Origin: Podarcis filfolensis
Lineage: Eukaryota
NCBI GenBank assembly: GCA_964270895.1
Contig: OZ185437.1
Strand: one strand, 5' to 3'
Length of the DNA: 64,000 nucleotides
The first letter of the stretch is position 1. Every line of letters begins with the position of its first letter. The notes below the pieces were generated by a model, which did not search any database, was not told the origin of the DNA, and worked only from the letters and a program-made list of their open reading frames with translations. Shown one piece after another: positions 26,319 through 39,300 of this stretch. The position numbers and the translations under genes are program-made.

Positions 26319-29300
26319 CACATGGTTGTTGTTGTTCTGTTGTGAGTGCTGTGCAGGAAGCAGCAGACACAGACTCTGAGGTTGCTGAGTAACCAAGAAT
26401 ATTTTGCTTGTACAGCGCTGTTTTTGCTGGCACCAACTAGTGGCATTAACTGTAACCGACTTTACAGCGACTATATCAGTAATGACTGTGTTCTACTTTC
26501 TCTTTGGAGGTAGTTTGCCTCTGAATACCATTTGCTGGGAATCACAGGTGGAGAGAGTACTGTTGTGCTCAGGCTTGTGGGCTTCCCATAGATGTTTGTG
26601 GTTGGCCACTGTGAGAACAGGATGCTAAACTAGATAGGCCATTGACCTGATCCAGCAGGCTCTTCTTAAATCCTCTTGGAAATTAACTCTACATAGATTT
26701 AACGTCTGAGAAACACCTGTTCGCACCATCAGCTTTGTCCATGTGCTCATGCGAGGAAAGGCTGCTCTGTGGACTGCTCACCTGGGGAGCTGTTTCTCTG
26801 ATCACAGTTGCTGGGAAAAGTTCAGTGACTATTATAAATACGGCTGTCATCTCCCCAAGCGTACAGTTAGGGTTTTACATGCCTGTCTTTGTCCTTTCAG
26901 AATTCAAGAATGGGAACTGGCTCAAAGTGTTCAGGAAACCACAAATGTCTCCCTCCTGTTTGCGGGATGTGACTGCCGGGGTTCGTGAGATTCTGCTCAT
27001 GTGATCAATTTTTGCCATGTTGGTGTTTTGATAAGTTTTGTAATTCTTTGGTTGACAACATGAGACTGTCAAGGCATATTTGGACACTGGCAGCATGGCA
27101 TCACATTCCAGATGCTTACTGTTTCAAGATAAAGCTGACCTCATGCCAGAGAAAACAAGGGATTCGCTAAACTAGCAAAAGTTTATGTCGTGCCTTTCCC
27201 TCTTTCTATTCCTTTATACCAGCTGAGAAAAAGATTCAAACATGCCCATTCCACCCGCCTCTCAGTCAATATTAATGGGTAAGTGTTGCCAATGCATAAG
27301 ATGAGAGGCATTACAAATGTCTAACCTTGTTCTCCCTGCAGCCAGAGAAAGCAGCCATTCCTGCAGAATTAATCTCTGAGCTCTTGCTGTTCACACCACG
27401 TCTGCCTTGCCACCCTTTGAAGATGATAATAAAACTCAGCAGCAGGCTTAAAACTCCTGCAAATGTAAATATCTACTAGCAGAGTTCTCTGAATCGGATG
27501 CCTTCCCCATTCACATCAGAGGGGAAACAAATGCAGTACATTTCGATCCTATCCTTAGCTCAGAAATGTAAAATAAAACCTCAAAGGATCAACAGTTAGC
27601 AGTATTTTATTATTATTGTTTTCCTTTCTAGCTCCAAAGATGTCAATTCAGCCTCAACAGAAAGGTATGGCCAGGAAAGGAATTACTAGCTCAGCTCTAC
27701 CCATGATCATTTACCTCTGAGCTAAGCAGCCACTTGAGAAGGTGATAGATATTTATAGATCCAAACAATCCTTCTCCAGCTGTTGCCAAACACACAGCCA
27801 ACTCTCGGTTTAGGGTGTCCACACTGTGGATGGGGGAAGAAATTCAGTTCAGTGTGCGTTTTAAATGTGAGCCTCCCTAATTCACATGAGTGAACTGAAA
27901 CACAGCTATCCTTCACAATTTTCTGAATTTTGTGACAAACGTCTCCACACCAAGATATGCATGCATTAGTGGAAAGTGTGCATTTAAAAAAGCTTGGACC
28001 CAAGTTTGCTGAAGCTATGAGAGGAGCAATGAGAGACACTATTGGGGCATAATCTTCTGCACCCCCTCCATTCCACAGACTTCCAGGTGTAAATATGGCT
28101 TTACACCTGATTTAGATTCTCAGCTTTGAAATTTCACACTGTCCAGAGTTTACGGTTTAAGCCGTGCACATGCCAGCACAGCTGTTGTTCAGGTAATGGG
28201 CTGCAGATGAAAGGCTACATGAAGTCCTTGCCTTGTGGCTGCGCCAACGGCAGCTCCTGGCTGGGAAGCTGACACCGCTGGAACTTTCCTGCAAGGTAAG
28301 TGAAATGTGGTGAGAAGCACACAGGAAACTTCGCTGTGCGTTAAGCTTCCCGCCAGGCCACTATCTGTGCGTGTAGAAACTAAGCCGGTTAGCCTTGCAA
28401 AGTGGATCTGCTCATGATAATCCAGGTTTAACCCTTGGGCTGAGGCCATGACAGTAGCAATAGTGAATCCAGGGCAGTGCGTGTTCAATCGAGAAAATAG
28501 TTTTGAAAAGGCAGTTTAAAAATAAAAGACATAAAAATAACAACACAGGTATAAAATGGGATTGAATGCTGCTAATTCTTGGGGATTTAACTTCAACACA
28601 TGGTCACATCCCCAGCTGATTGATATCTAGCAGGATGGGGTAGCACACCAGTATATATAAACCTGCAAACAGATCTGCCAGGGGGCAGTGGGTGCTTCGG
28701 CACCCATAATAATATATTTTGGGGGGCTGGGCCCCCTCAAAGTCAATGAACAAAGTTGAAGCCCTTTGTTGTGGGCACCCAGTCTTTGGTGTGAGATGGC
28801 ACCTATGGCTCTCATAATGATGCAGAGCTGGTCTGCAGAGGGTGGGCTTATATATTCTGATTCACGACTTTGTCTCCCAGCACCTTGACTAATGTGTCCG
28901 TCTTTTCCCTGGCCTGTTGATCCTACTTTGCCTCCTCACCTCTGTCCAGCACTCTGCTGCTGGAATCATCCGGCATTCACATGGCTCAGACCGCATGATT
29001 GTCATTTAATCCCTGTGCTGGCTTCCTGCCTACTCCCAGAACCAGTACAAGATCCTTGCTTTAAATCCCAGTGTACCTTTGCCTCAGTTGCCTGTGGCAA
29101 TTGCTTACCTGGTTGCAACGCTCTCAGCCAGCAGTAGCCCCCCAGTCATGGTGGCACTACATTTGCCAGGATGGGGATGGGGTGGGGAAGGAGAAGGCAG
29201 TAGTGAGGTCAGGGCAGTTCTGCCTTGCCTGCATCGGCATCCTGCAAGTGTACACACAACCATGGGACCCCAATGCCACCAACTCGGAGCTCCCCTACTC

Positions 29301-31320
29301 TTGCTATGCCCTACCTTATCCTGATGAACACGGGCAGCTTCCTCCAAGAGAGTACTACTGCTTTTTGATCACCCCTTACATGCTACTCCTGCCCTCAGTC
29401 ATATGAAGTTCTCTTCTCCATCAATAAATTTCACCTGTCCTCCTTTGCCGCTCCTTATGCTTTCAGCCTGCACCTATCTACACAGGCTCACCTCTCTGGC
29501 TTAAAAAATGTTGCCCTGTTTTCTGTTTCTTGAAAGCACAACAACGTGATGATAGGGATGTGACAGAAACATGGGAAATTGCTTTTCAGTATATTGTTGC
29601 TCCGTTTAGTAGCACATATAGGAATTGACAGAAATCTGACCAACATAGGGCCACTGAGAAACACGAGGAAGGTATTGGCATGCTTGGTGAACCACAAGAT
29701 TTGCAGATATACGAAGGTCTATTATGAAACCCAAGGAGGCAAATCTTTCCAAAATCAGTCCAATGAAGAAGACCCATGTTCAGCTATCTCCAGGAGTTTG
29801 CAACTGGAGACTATATACAACTAAACAGTTGCACTAGCAGAAGTTAGATCAACAATTCCAGCTAGTGCAAAGGGACGTCCCCCCCTCTTCTCCCCACTAT
29901 GCACCCTCCCCAAATCTGAGAACCCCCAGAGCAGTGCACAATGGGGTGGGAGAGGAGATTGTTCCATCAGTGCAAGCAATTCTGCTTGCCCAATGGAACA
30001 ATCTTCTTAACACTACTTTGAATATAACCCTATGATTTTAACTTCAAGGTTACAATTTCTTGGTATAAAACCACAAAAGTACAAATGCAATATAAAACTC
30101 TGCAACTAAAAAAAAGAGAGAGAGATAATTTATTCCATGGCAAGGTTTCTCACCATGGTTTATAAAGCGAAGAAATGTAAGTTTTGAATATACATCACTG
30201 TAATTCATATTCACAAATATACAGACTTGGTGAAAAATGGAAATGGTATTTACACAAATATACATAGCAGTGTAACATAACTTTAAAAAAAATACAGAAA
30301 CTTTTAAAAAGCCATTAACCAACATAGAGTCATATAAAGCTGGTTGGTAGCAGAAATGTGGAATTTATGTGCTTATGTAATTATTCTTTAAAAAATACTT
30401 CATAAATATATTGATGGTCTGCCTTCAATCTCAAGTGTAGCCTTATATTTAAGCCAGCCTTCTCCTACCTGCTGTCCACCAGACTTTTTGGACTACATCT
30501 CCCATCAGCCCCAGTCAGAACACCTGTGATTGGGGACGGGGAATGGGAGTTGTAGCCAAAAACATCTGTACAGCAGCCGGCTGGGGAGAGCCATTTTAAT
30601 CCATATTAATGCAGGAGCGAATAAAGGACTCCTTTCTCTGGTGCCACCTTATGAACCAAATGAACATTATCACAATGAGAGAAATACTTGGTTGATTGGG
30701 CCCGTGATCCCGTTCCATGAAATATGCAGATGCTTTTTGAGTGCTTCTAAAAAGACCTGATTGGGCATGACACATTTGCTCTCATCAGGAATCAAGATGA
30801 AGCTTTTCTTTGATACAGAAGCAATGAGATTACACAGTGGCTAAGGCTACATCATCTGGGAGGGGGAAAAAACCCCCAGACCTTGGAAAGAGAGCCTTAT
30901 CTAAATCATTATTCAATTTCATTGATATTATTGTGCATTGGCTGGCTGCCTTTCGTTCGCTTTTTGAGTGAGCCTATGCAAAACTGAAATTCAGAATCCA
31001 TTAGAATTCCCTGAGATGCCACCTAGTTTTATAGTCTACCTGCACTGTCCAAACACCAGAGTTGCTAGCAGGTGCAATATCTGCTCATTGCAGCTGCCTA
31101 TGCCATACCTTCTGCTCTGTTATGTTCATTTGCACTGTAGACAGAAGTTATTCCTGATATTGAGAGACAGTCCATACTGGGGCAGGAATAAAGTGGGCTC
31201 CCTTTTTTTTTTTACTGCTCCGGGAAGAATAGTTCTTCATGCTTCCATTTCCTTCCAAGCGTGAAAGAGTGGAAATTCTTATGGTGCAAACATGCCTTTT
31301 AGTGTGTTCCTATACCTGTG

Positions 31321-31709
31321 GGATGCGGGTGGTGCTGTGGTCTAAACCACTGAGCCTCTTGGGCTTGCCGATGGGAAGGTCAGCAGTTTGAATCCCTGCG
31401 ACAGGGTGAGCTCCTGTTCCTCTGTCCCAGCTCTTCCCAACCTAGGAGTTCGAAAACACGCCAGTGCAAGTAGATAAATAGGTACCACTGTGGAGGGTGG
31501 AAAGGTAAATGGCATTTTTGTGCACTCTGGCACTCATCCCAGTGTCCCGCTGCACCAGAAGCGGCTTAGTCCTGCTGGCCACATGACCCGGAAAGCTGTC
31601 TGTGGACAAATGCCAGCTCCCTCAGCCTCAAAGCAAGATGAGCACTGTAACCCCATGGTCGGCTTTGACAGGACTTAACCGTCCAGGGGGGCCTTTACCT
31701 TTACCTTTT
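31321..31709 (+). mobile_element. Sauria (Squam1) SINE, full length, with TSD
   Basis: GGATGCGGGTGGTGCTGTGGTCTAAACC head, GTTTGAATCC B-box, CCTTTACCTTTACC tail; 10-bp TATACCTGTG duplication at 31311-31320 and 31710-31719. Confidence 0.92.
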
Positions 31710-32176
31710 TATACCTGTGTACTTGGAAGTAAGGCCTATTGAACTCAATGAGGCTTACTTTCAGGAGAGTGTTATGGGGTAGCCTGCTGTACAGAGGTAA
31801 AAATCACATTCATTGCTCTGACTGTGCTTGTTTTTGCCTCTGGCCCCACCCAACGCTGGCATGCGGCGCCCAGGAAGGTGGCCTTACAGATCTGCTCTGT
31901 AAGTACTTCCTTGCAGTTCTCACACACTCTGTAGCTCACAGTGGTCCAGACTGTGACCATGCAGGTTGGCGGATGATCTCTCCTCTTGGAGGGGAAAGCT
32001 GGTCAGGATGACCTTCAGAACTCAAGTTCCAAAGGTCTGTGATGCTAAACCAGGAACCAGTATTCATTCTTCTTTGACATGGTGAAGAAAGCGAAACATT
32101 GCAGCTTGGTCCTACACATGAAAAGATTCTTGGTCCTGGGCCACAGCTTTCCAGATGCCAGCATTATCACTTCCAC

Positions 32177-32306
32177 TCAGTCCTTCTGGAGTCCTTGACC
32201 CACAACGTAGAGTTCAGGGTGGGAAGATGACTTGCCTGCTTTTCTGCCCTCAGAAGAACATGGACTGTTCCAAGAGTCCACCTCTTTCCTATGGCTCTCT
32301 TCCATT
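32177..32306 (-). CDS. PCARE: PCARE exon 2 coding part (not in the ORF track)
   Basis: Minus-strand ttctttttttgcag| acceptor in phase 2. Encodes (R)MEESHRKEVDSWNSPCSSEGRKAGKSSSHPELYVVGQGLQKD-TGA, resembling the recalled human C-terminal ELCVLGHGLQ. Spliced CDS is 3882 nt = 1293 aa plus stop. Confidence 0.9.
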
Positions 32307-33135
32307 CTGCAAAAAAAGAAGACGTTTAAGACCAAAGGCTAATGACGTATGACCTTTTAAAAGCGAAAGAATGAATACAACATGTAAACTCATGATAGAA
32401 CACCATCAGCAGCTATTTAGGTGTTTATTATTCTGTACAATCCAGTTTTGAATTCTAATTGCCTCATACCAAAATGAAGCTCCATTACATAAAAATCTAT
32501 CACCATTTGGGAGCTAAGAATTATTAGCACAAGTCGTCAAAGGTAACCCAAATTCTGCATCAAGAAAAGTACACTTCTGTCATCTGTGTAAAGTATGCAA
32601 ATAAAAAAATTAAAGCAAGGAGGACTATTGGTTTGTTTTAATTTTTGTTTTATTGTGTATTTTGTGTTTATTTATTTGTATTTTTATGTTGTGAAGGAAA
32701 GTATATAAATTTAAAAAATAATAACAGTAATAATTATAAAAATTAAGCAAATGTGCACATGGTTTCATAACTATGAAAGCTGCGATTTTCAGAATGCTGA
32801 ATATTCACATGAAATTCACATTCACGTGTGTTTCTTCATAGGTATATGTTTTATCACAGACTTTACCAACCTGGCACCCTCCAGATGTTTTGGACTACAT
32901 CTCCCATAATCCCCAGGAAGCACCTCTGGGTAAAGGACCTGTCTGGAGTGCTTCTCACACTGATGGCACGAGTATATAATGTAACATATATCTGACTACT
33001 TCCCATAAATTAAGTAATTGCTGGACAAGGTAAAAAATAGATTGCGCTATCTGCATCAATATTTCATGTTCAAACAATAAAAGATAACATGATGTGGTAC
33101 AAATGCATTTAATGAAAGAGCACCAATATACATAT

Positions 33136-33705
33136 TGTTATGAGTTGTGGGTGGCCAGGGTTTGCGGGTGCCAGTTTCCCCTAAATTCCTGGGTCTGATA
33201 GGTGTTAGAATTTAATCATTGCTTAGAGTGTTAAAATGGGCTACCAGACAGTTCCATGAGTCTGTATTACATAAGAGGTGGGCCATTAACAGAAAATAAA
33301 GACTGTGCAAACTGGCAAATAGGTGGAGCCCCTCCTTGAGTTCTGAGATCGCTAGCAAAGATAAAGCAGAGTAGAGTTTAGGATTGCAGTGATAAGAGAA
33401 AATAATGGCCGTCTGTAAAGCGCAGCAGGCTGGGGAGAGGGGCAGAGAGCACATTTGAGAGCAATGGTTGGGGTCAGCTTAAATCCAAGGCTGCTGTGGC
33501 TATTGGAGCAGCCAGAACCTCTTGGGGTACTGATGCTGTGAACCCCTCCATTGTAGGCTCAGGATGTAGATTTGTGCAAATAAACCATATATCATAAAGA
33601 TACCTGTGCCTCATTTTCCAAAAGGAAACACAGACCCTGTGTTAAACATGCCTGGAAACCGTGGAATCTTGCACCTTTCAGAGTTTGGGGTGGCGTTTAA
33701 CAACA
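33136..33705 (+). mobile_element. Probable LTR in the PCARE intron (antisense to PCARE)
   Basis: TGTTA...CAACA termini, AATAAA at about 33580 followed by a U5-like segment; no clear TSD. Confidence 0.45.
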
Positions 33706-36391
33706 GAGAGTTAGATTTAAGTACTTGAATATACGAAATCTGTACCTGGATTTTGTGTGTGTCCTTGATCTTATCCTCTTTTAAAGTTTGTCCTCTATTT
33801 CTGTGTATGTTATGAGCCAAGGCACCATTAATGGAAAAATAATGTGGAGTGTTTCATACACCTTACAATCCTACACATGCCTACTCACACGTAAGTACCA
33901 GGGAGTTCAGTGGGTTGCTGTCTTACACCCTTAAAAGAAGAGTAAGAATAATATCCTGATGAGGTCCTGATCCAATACAAATTTACCCTGTATCTGGAAA
34001 GATGACCCAAGGCTTTGCTTAGGGTCTGAGTCATTAAACCAGCTTTGTGGCCCTGAGTTAAGTGGAATATTTGAACACTATTTGTTCAAAGCTCCTCTCC
34101 CAGCTGTTACCCCACGGAAAGGCCTTTAATCTGATAGCCATCATTGGACTAAAATAAACTTTTTTTTCCTATTACACATGCACAAATCCTATTATGGATT
34201 AGCGGGATTTGTACGAACAGAGCATCCGTGCTGTGAAAACGTGCCCCTCAGCTAAATTCCAGCAAAAGGCCAGCCTCATAAGAGCAAAGTAACTCCCTAA
34301 CCCCCTCCTATTACGTGAGCAGATGGTTTCTGGTTCCCATAGCTTAAAACACCGACAGGCCATTCCCCTGGTACTTATGAAGCTACAACAGACGCCAGAG
34401 CTCTCTAATTGGGGCCAGTGACACATCTCTCTCAAGAGAGAGCCCAGAGTAAAGGGAAAGAGCAAACGCTTCATTGGAAACTGATCCTGGGCCTGCGTTT
34501 ACATAATCAGTTATTCTGGGATAACAACCCCCGGGCACTCTTCTGCCTCTTTATTGTTTTGTTTACAAGTTGAAAGGCTGAACCCAAGGTTGAAGAGAGC
34601 TGGTTAAACACAGAAACAAAACAAGGGATTAGAAGATCAGAGGTGCTCAGATAGCTTCTTTTTCTTCCCAGAATACATATTCCTGTGGTAAATCAGCAGG
34701 ACTGCAATCTCTGCTGCTTTGAGGGCTTAACTGGACTCTCGCAGAAGGCTTAATGTTACAGGACAGGAAAGCAACAGTCCCATTCCACTTCTTTCTCTTT
34801 TCTTTGTAATGCAAGGAAAATAAAATTATTCCAGGAAAGGCAAATGATGCCTTTGGCAATACGGATCCTGTAACGTCAAGTTAAAACCTGAGAAATGTTG
34901 GACAAATGTCTCAAACTGTTCCCAAGTTGCAATGTACCATGGCATGTTCATAACCACCTGAGAAACAGAATGTACCGTCCTGTCAAGTGGTGGGGGGGGG
35001 GGAAATCTATCATTTGGTATGCAGTTGTGGTAAAATTCTTCCCACCAGGAAGGCCTCAGTGCAAAAGGCCCTAAATTTGGTGGTTTGGAAGTATCTCCTT
35101 TCTGAAATCCCATGCTCAGTCATGCTCAGCTAGATGGACCAATGGTCTCACTCAGTATAGGACAGCTTCCTATATCCCTGGCCGATACATGTAAGTTTTT
35201 AAAACTTTTTTTTTTAACATTGTATTTATGGTTGCCAGATTCTGTGTGCAGATTTGCAGGTGCAGATCACCCCTCCGAAATAAATTAGTTCGCTAGGAAA
35301 ACAGCCGAAGTCGGCCTCCAGGGTGTCAGGGCCAATTTGTATGGTAGCCCACATTTTTAGGTCTGTATGTGTTTATGCGCTTATCTTAGATTTTAATCGT
35401 TAAGCTGTTGTTGTACACTGCTTTAAATGTATATTTTATTCTTGTGAAAGCTGTCCCAGTTGTGCTTTTCGAGCTGGTCTTTGACCGTAATAAATTATGT
35501 TGATGACATTGTATTTTTATATTGTTGTAACCTGCCCTGGAATCTTAGGGTGAAGGGCAAGTAAGAAATATAACAACAACAACAATAATAATGATGATGT
35601 TGTTCTGTCAAAACGCCCAGTGTATGAAGCTGTCTCCAGGACACAACTGAAAACTGAAGAATGCTTCTGAATTCTCATACTTCATGCTATGAGCTAGTTC
35701 TGTAAACGAGTCATTGCAGTAGGTAACTCATGGAAAGGCACATAGGCTTTTAAACTGCAGTGTGAAAAGTAGCCTATCATGCATTTCTTACATCAGTATC
35801 CTACACTTTGCAGGGTGGGAAAGGGTCGCCATTCAGTGGCAGAGCACCTGGGCAGAAAGTCCCAGGTTCCATCCCTGGCATCTCCAGGTGGGGCTGGGAG
35901 AAACCCCTGTCTGAAACCCTGGAGAGTTCAGAGAGCCTGATAGCTTCACTGTAACTTTGTGAAATAAGATATCTGAGGCATAAGGGCACTTAGGTGTCAC
36001 AGGTGAGCAGGGATTTAGAATCCCAGGTTTCCCACACCCACGCCCAGCATGGACTCTCATGATAGTACTACATGGAAAGCCAGTCAAGTTGGCAGCATGG
36101 CTGGTGGTGCTGATGTTGGAGTGGTTCCTTAGCTGTCATATGGGCAAATACAGGGGCAAGAGAGGAATCGGGGAAGGATTTGCTTCACTTCACTGTGCAT
36201 TTTCAAAACCCATGTGCAGAGGTAACACAAGGGAACAGGTTTTTTATTTTTACTTATTCCTCATACAAATCCTACTCATAGGAAAGAGATATTAGTGACA
36301 GATATCGGTGCAACGAAGTTACTTGCCTGGACTATAAGGCTAACTATACATCTAAATGCAACTTAAAGGCTTTGAAAATACTGACTCTTAC

Positions 36392-39300
36392 CTTGTTTGA
36401 AGTAGCACAGGTTCACTACCAGATGTGGCAAAGAATGGCAGCGGACGCTGAAATCCTGGCCTGCGATCAGAGGAACTCCTCCTCACAAAAGGTTGGGGAT
36501 TGGCAGCACTGAGGGACACCCTCCTCTGTTGATCCCCACATTGCCTGAGATGTTTGCTGTTCCTCTGCGCAAATGCTGACCCTTCAGGATGGTCCGCCAT
36601 AGCCTCTGTTGTGGAGCTGTTAGGTGGCAACACCGGCTTGGCTTCAAATAACGAGGAAGTGGCTGGACAAAATATTGAGCGTGTATTGCTGACAATCTTC
36701 AGGATGGGTGTCTGCTGCTCATTCCCAGAGTCCAGGTGATTTCGTAATCCTTTGTGCAACCAAGATGGGGAAGTTGGTGGGGATGGGGTTGTTGAGAAAG
36801 GAGGTGGGCTTGCTTCTCTGCGGAGTGCTGGTGGGCTGGACACTTTCCGGTGGGTTGGTGGGCTCTGCTGCTTGCGTCCCAATGGTGGGCTAGACAGGTT
36901 TTGTTGGGTTGGTGGGGAAGGCTGCTTCCTTTGTGTTGGAGAGCTTGATGCCCTGGGATTAGCAGGGGGGCTTGGCTGTCGGTGGGTAGTGGGGGAAGAA
37001 GCTTGGTTTATGTGCCTGTGATGTAGTGGTGGGCTTGGGAGCCTTTTCTCACTGGGGGGTGATGAAGGTGGTGTTCTTGCGGGGGACACCCGTTTGGTAA
37101 AGGCAGTCATTTTCTCACTTCCACTGGGTGAATCAGGAGAGCCTCGCTTTTGAGCTGAAGCTGAAGGTGTGCTACAGTCTTTATTTCCTGGCTCAGGTGC
37201 ATCCTGTTCTGGCATTTCTTTAGGATTTTGAAGAGGTATGAGCTTACATGTCTGCTTATACAGATCTGTAGTTTCTTCCACTTCATGTTCCTCTGGGGAT
37301 CCTGATGACATGTCTTGGTTGTTATCAGACATATAGCTGGAATTCAACTCCAGGGAATATTTTCTTGGTCTGAAGTCCACCTTAGCGCTTTTTGTTGCTT
37401 TGTTAGTAATGAGACTGGGACTGTTCAGATTCTTACTCGGTAACAAGTCAATGGAACACAGAGAAGCTTTCATTCGCTGAGAAATGTGAGTAACTTTTTT
37501 AGCGGTGAAATGCTCATTTGTTTTAGCAATTTCTGAATAGTTTCCTCCTGTTGTTGCATCTTTTGGATATGTAGCTGAATCAGGTGAGATGTCCATCAAC
37601 ATGTCAGGAGGTGGTGGGGGCAGGTCTTCCATGTCATCACTGTCATCACCATCATCATCATCAGAATCCCCATTTGTGCCACTTCCGCTTGCAAATACAG
37701 GTGACCCAGTGGTACCCAAGGTACAGTGTGCTGGATTGATGTTTCGACAATTTATGTCTCCTATTGGTGAAACTCTATGTTTGTGATTTAAAGGCGCAAG
37801 TCCTCTAGGAAGTGGGAGACTGGGAGTGATGCTTGGAAGTCCAAACTTTCTGACGCATTTTATTGGGCCCAAAATTCTTAAACTTGGAGGTTTCACAAGA
37901 CTTTCAGCGGTGCTGAATGTTTCAATTAACTTCTTTACAGATTTGCGGGGTGGAGCACAACCAACACTGTTCAGCTTCTGTGTTCCAGGAAGCTCATTTT
38001 CTTTCTTAGATGTTGAATCCATTGGGGGTGTGGTGCTTGTGACAGGCTTTCGACATTTCCTTTCACCAGTTTGTTGGCCGAAAGCATTTTGATCACACCT
38101 AAACAAAGGGACTTTATCTTGATTAGGCAATATGCTGAAGTTTTTAGCAAGAGATGCTTTCAGTTTCTTAGTGGAAGATCTATGAATAACATGCTCAGAA
38201 TCTTGCAAGTTAGATGGCTCTTTTGGGTTCAGTGATGCTGTCTTATCGTTTAGATCCTTGTTTCCACTAAGTGTGTAAAACATTTCCAGCCTTTTGTCAA
38301 GCCCCTTCTGAGTCCTTTGAAGTTCTAAAAGGGTTGGGTCCTCGGCACGACTTTTCAGAGACTCCTCTGACCTAGACCTTTTCTTTTTAACTGGTGCCTT
38401 CTGGCTTCCAGCTGCTGTGCTAGGCCACCGCAGCATCTTCCCATTTTCATCTTCCACCCAATCCCTCTTCCCAGATTTATCAGGGACAAACTTGATCTTT
38501 TCACTAATGGCATCTTTCATCTTGAGTGTAATTTCCTCATTCTCTGGGCTCTCTATCCGTTTGGTGGAAGGCCTCCGTTTACTGTAGGTTGCTGCAGGCG
38601 AAGATGTGGGCTGTTCTTTAGTTCCCTTTTCAGACAGACTTAAATTGTCACCTTCTTCTTCAGACAAGCTACTATCATCACTGTCTTCATTTGTGGTTGA
38701 CTCACAGTCTTTGAAACAACCACCCTCATGAATGACACCACAATTCATAGAGTTAGGAGAAGAGGTTTTAGAGATGTTTTGATACTGCAGAACAGTGCTT
38801 CCTGGAGCTACAGCTGAAGAAGGCATTACACTCTTGGTGGGTGCAGGTGGGTAAAATATATCCTTAAATTGTCTTTCCAGGGCACAGTCGTGGGATCTGC
38901 CTGTGGCATGTAGTGAAGTGCATGACCACTGGATTTCACCTGATGGCCTGGCTGGATTTAAGGATGGGTGGTCATGTGAAGAAGAATCACAATTTTTTTG
39001 CATTCCCTGTTTATCAAGAAGGTTCAGGTCTTTGACCGATTCGCTGTCAATCCCAATCCCACTGTCTTCAGAATAAAGAGTCATATCATCAGGGTGAGAG
39101 TGAGAGGGTTTGACTGCAGATGCTTCAAGGAGTTTTATTGTCCTGAGCAAGCGCTCATCAAAAGCTTGTTTTGCTTTCAGTTTTTCCTCCAAGCTGCTAC
39201 CTGCAGACTGTAGAAAGCTACAGGACTCCTGCAGGGCATCAGATGTTAAAGAGGCCACAGTGCCATTTAACAGCTGCATCTTATTGACTGTGTACTGTAG

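Noticed and set aside
28860-29485. Pyrimidine-rich LTR-like stretch with AATAAA near 29425
   Set aside because: No matching TG...CA pair with a TSD found.
36388-36391. Stop codon of the 1251-aa ORF taken as the PCARE end
   Set aside because: It lies within the GT donor; a better-supported second exon exists at 32306-32177.
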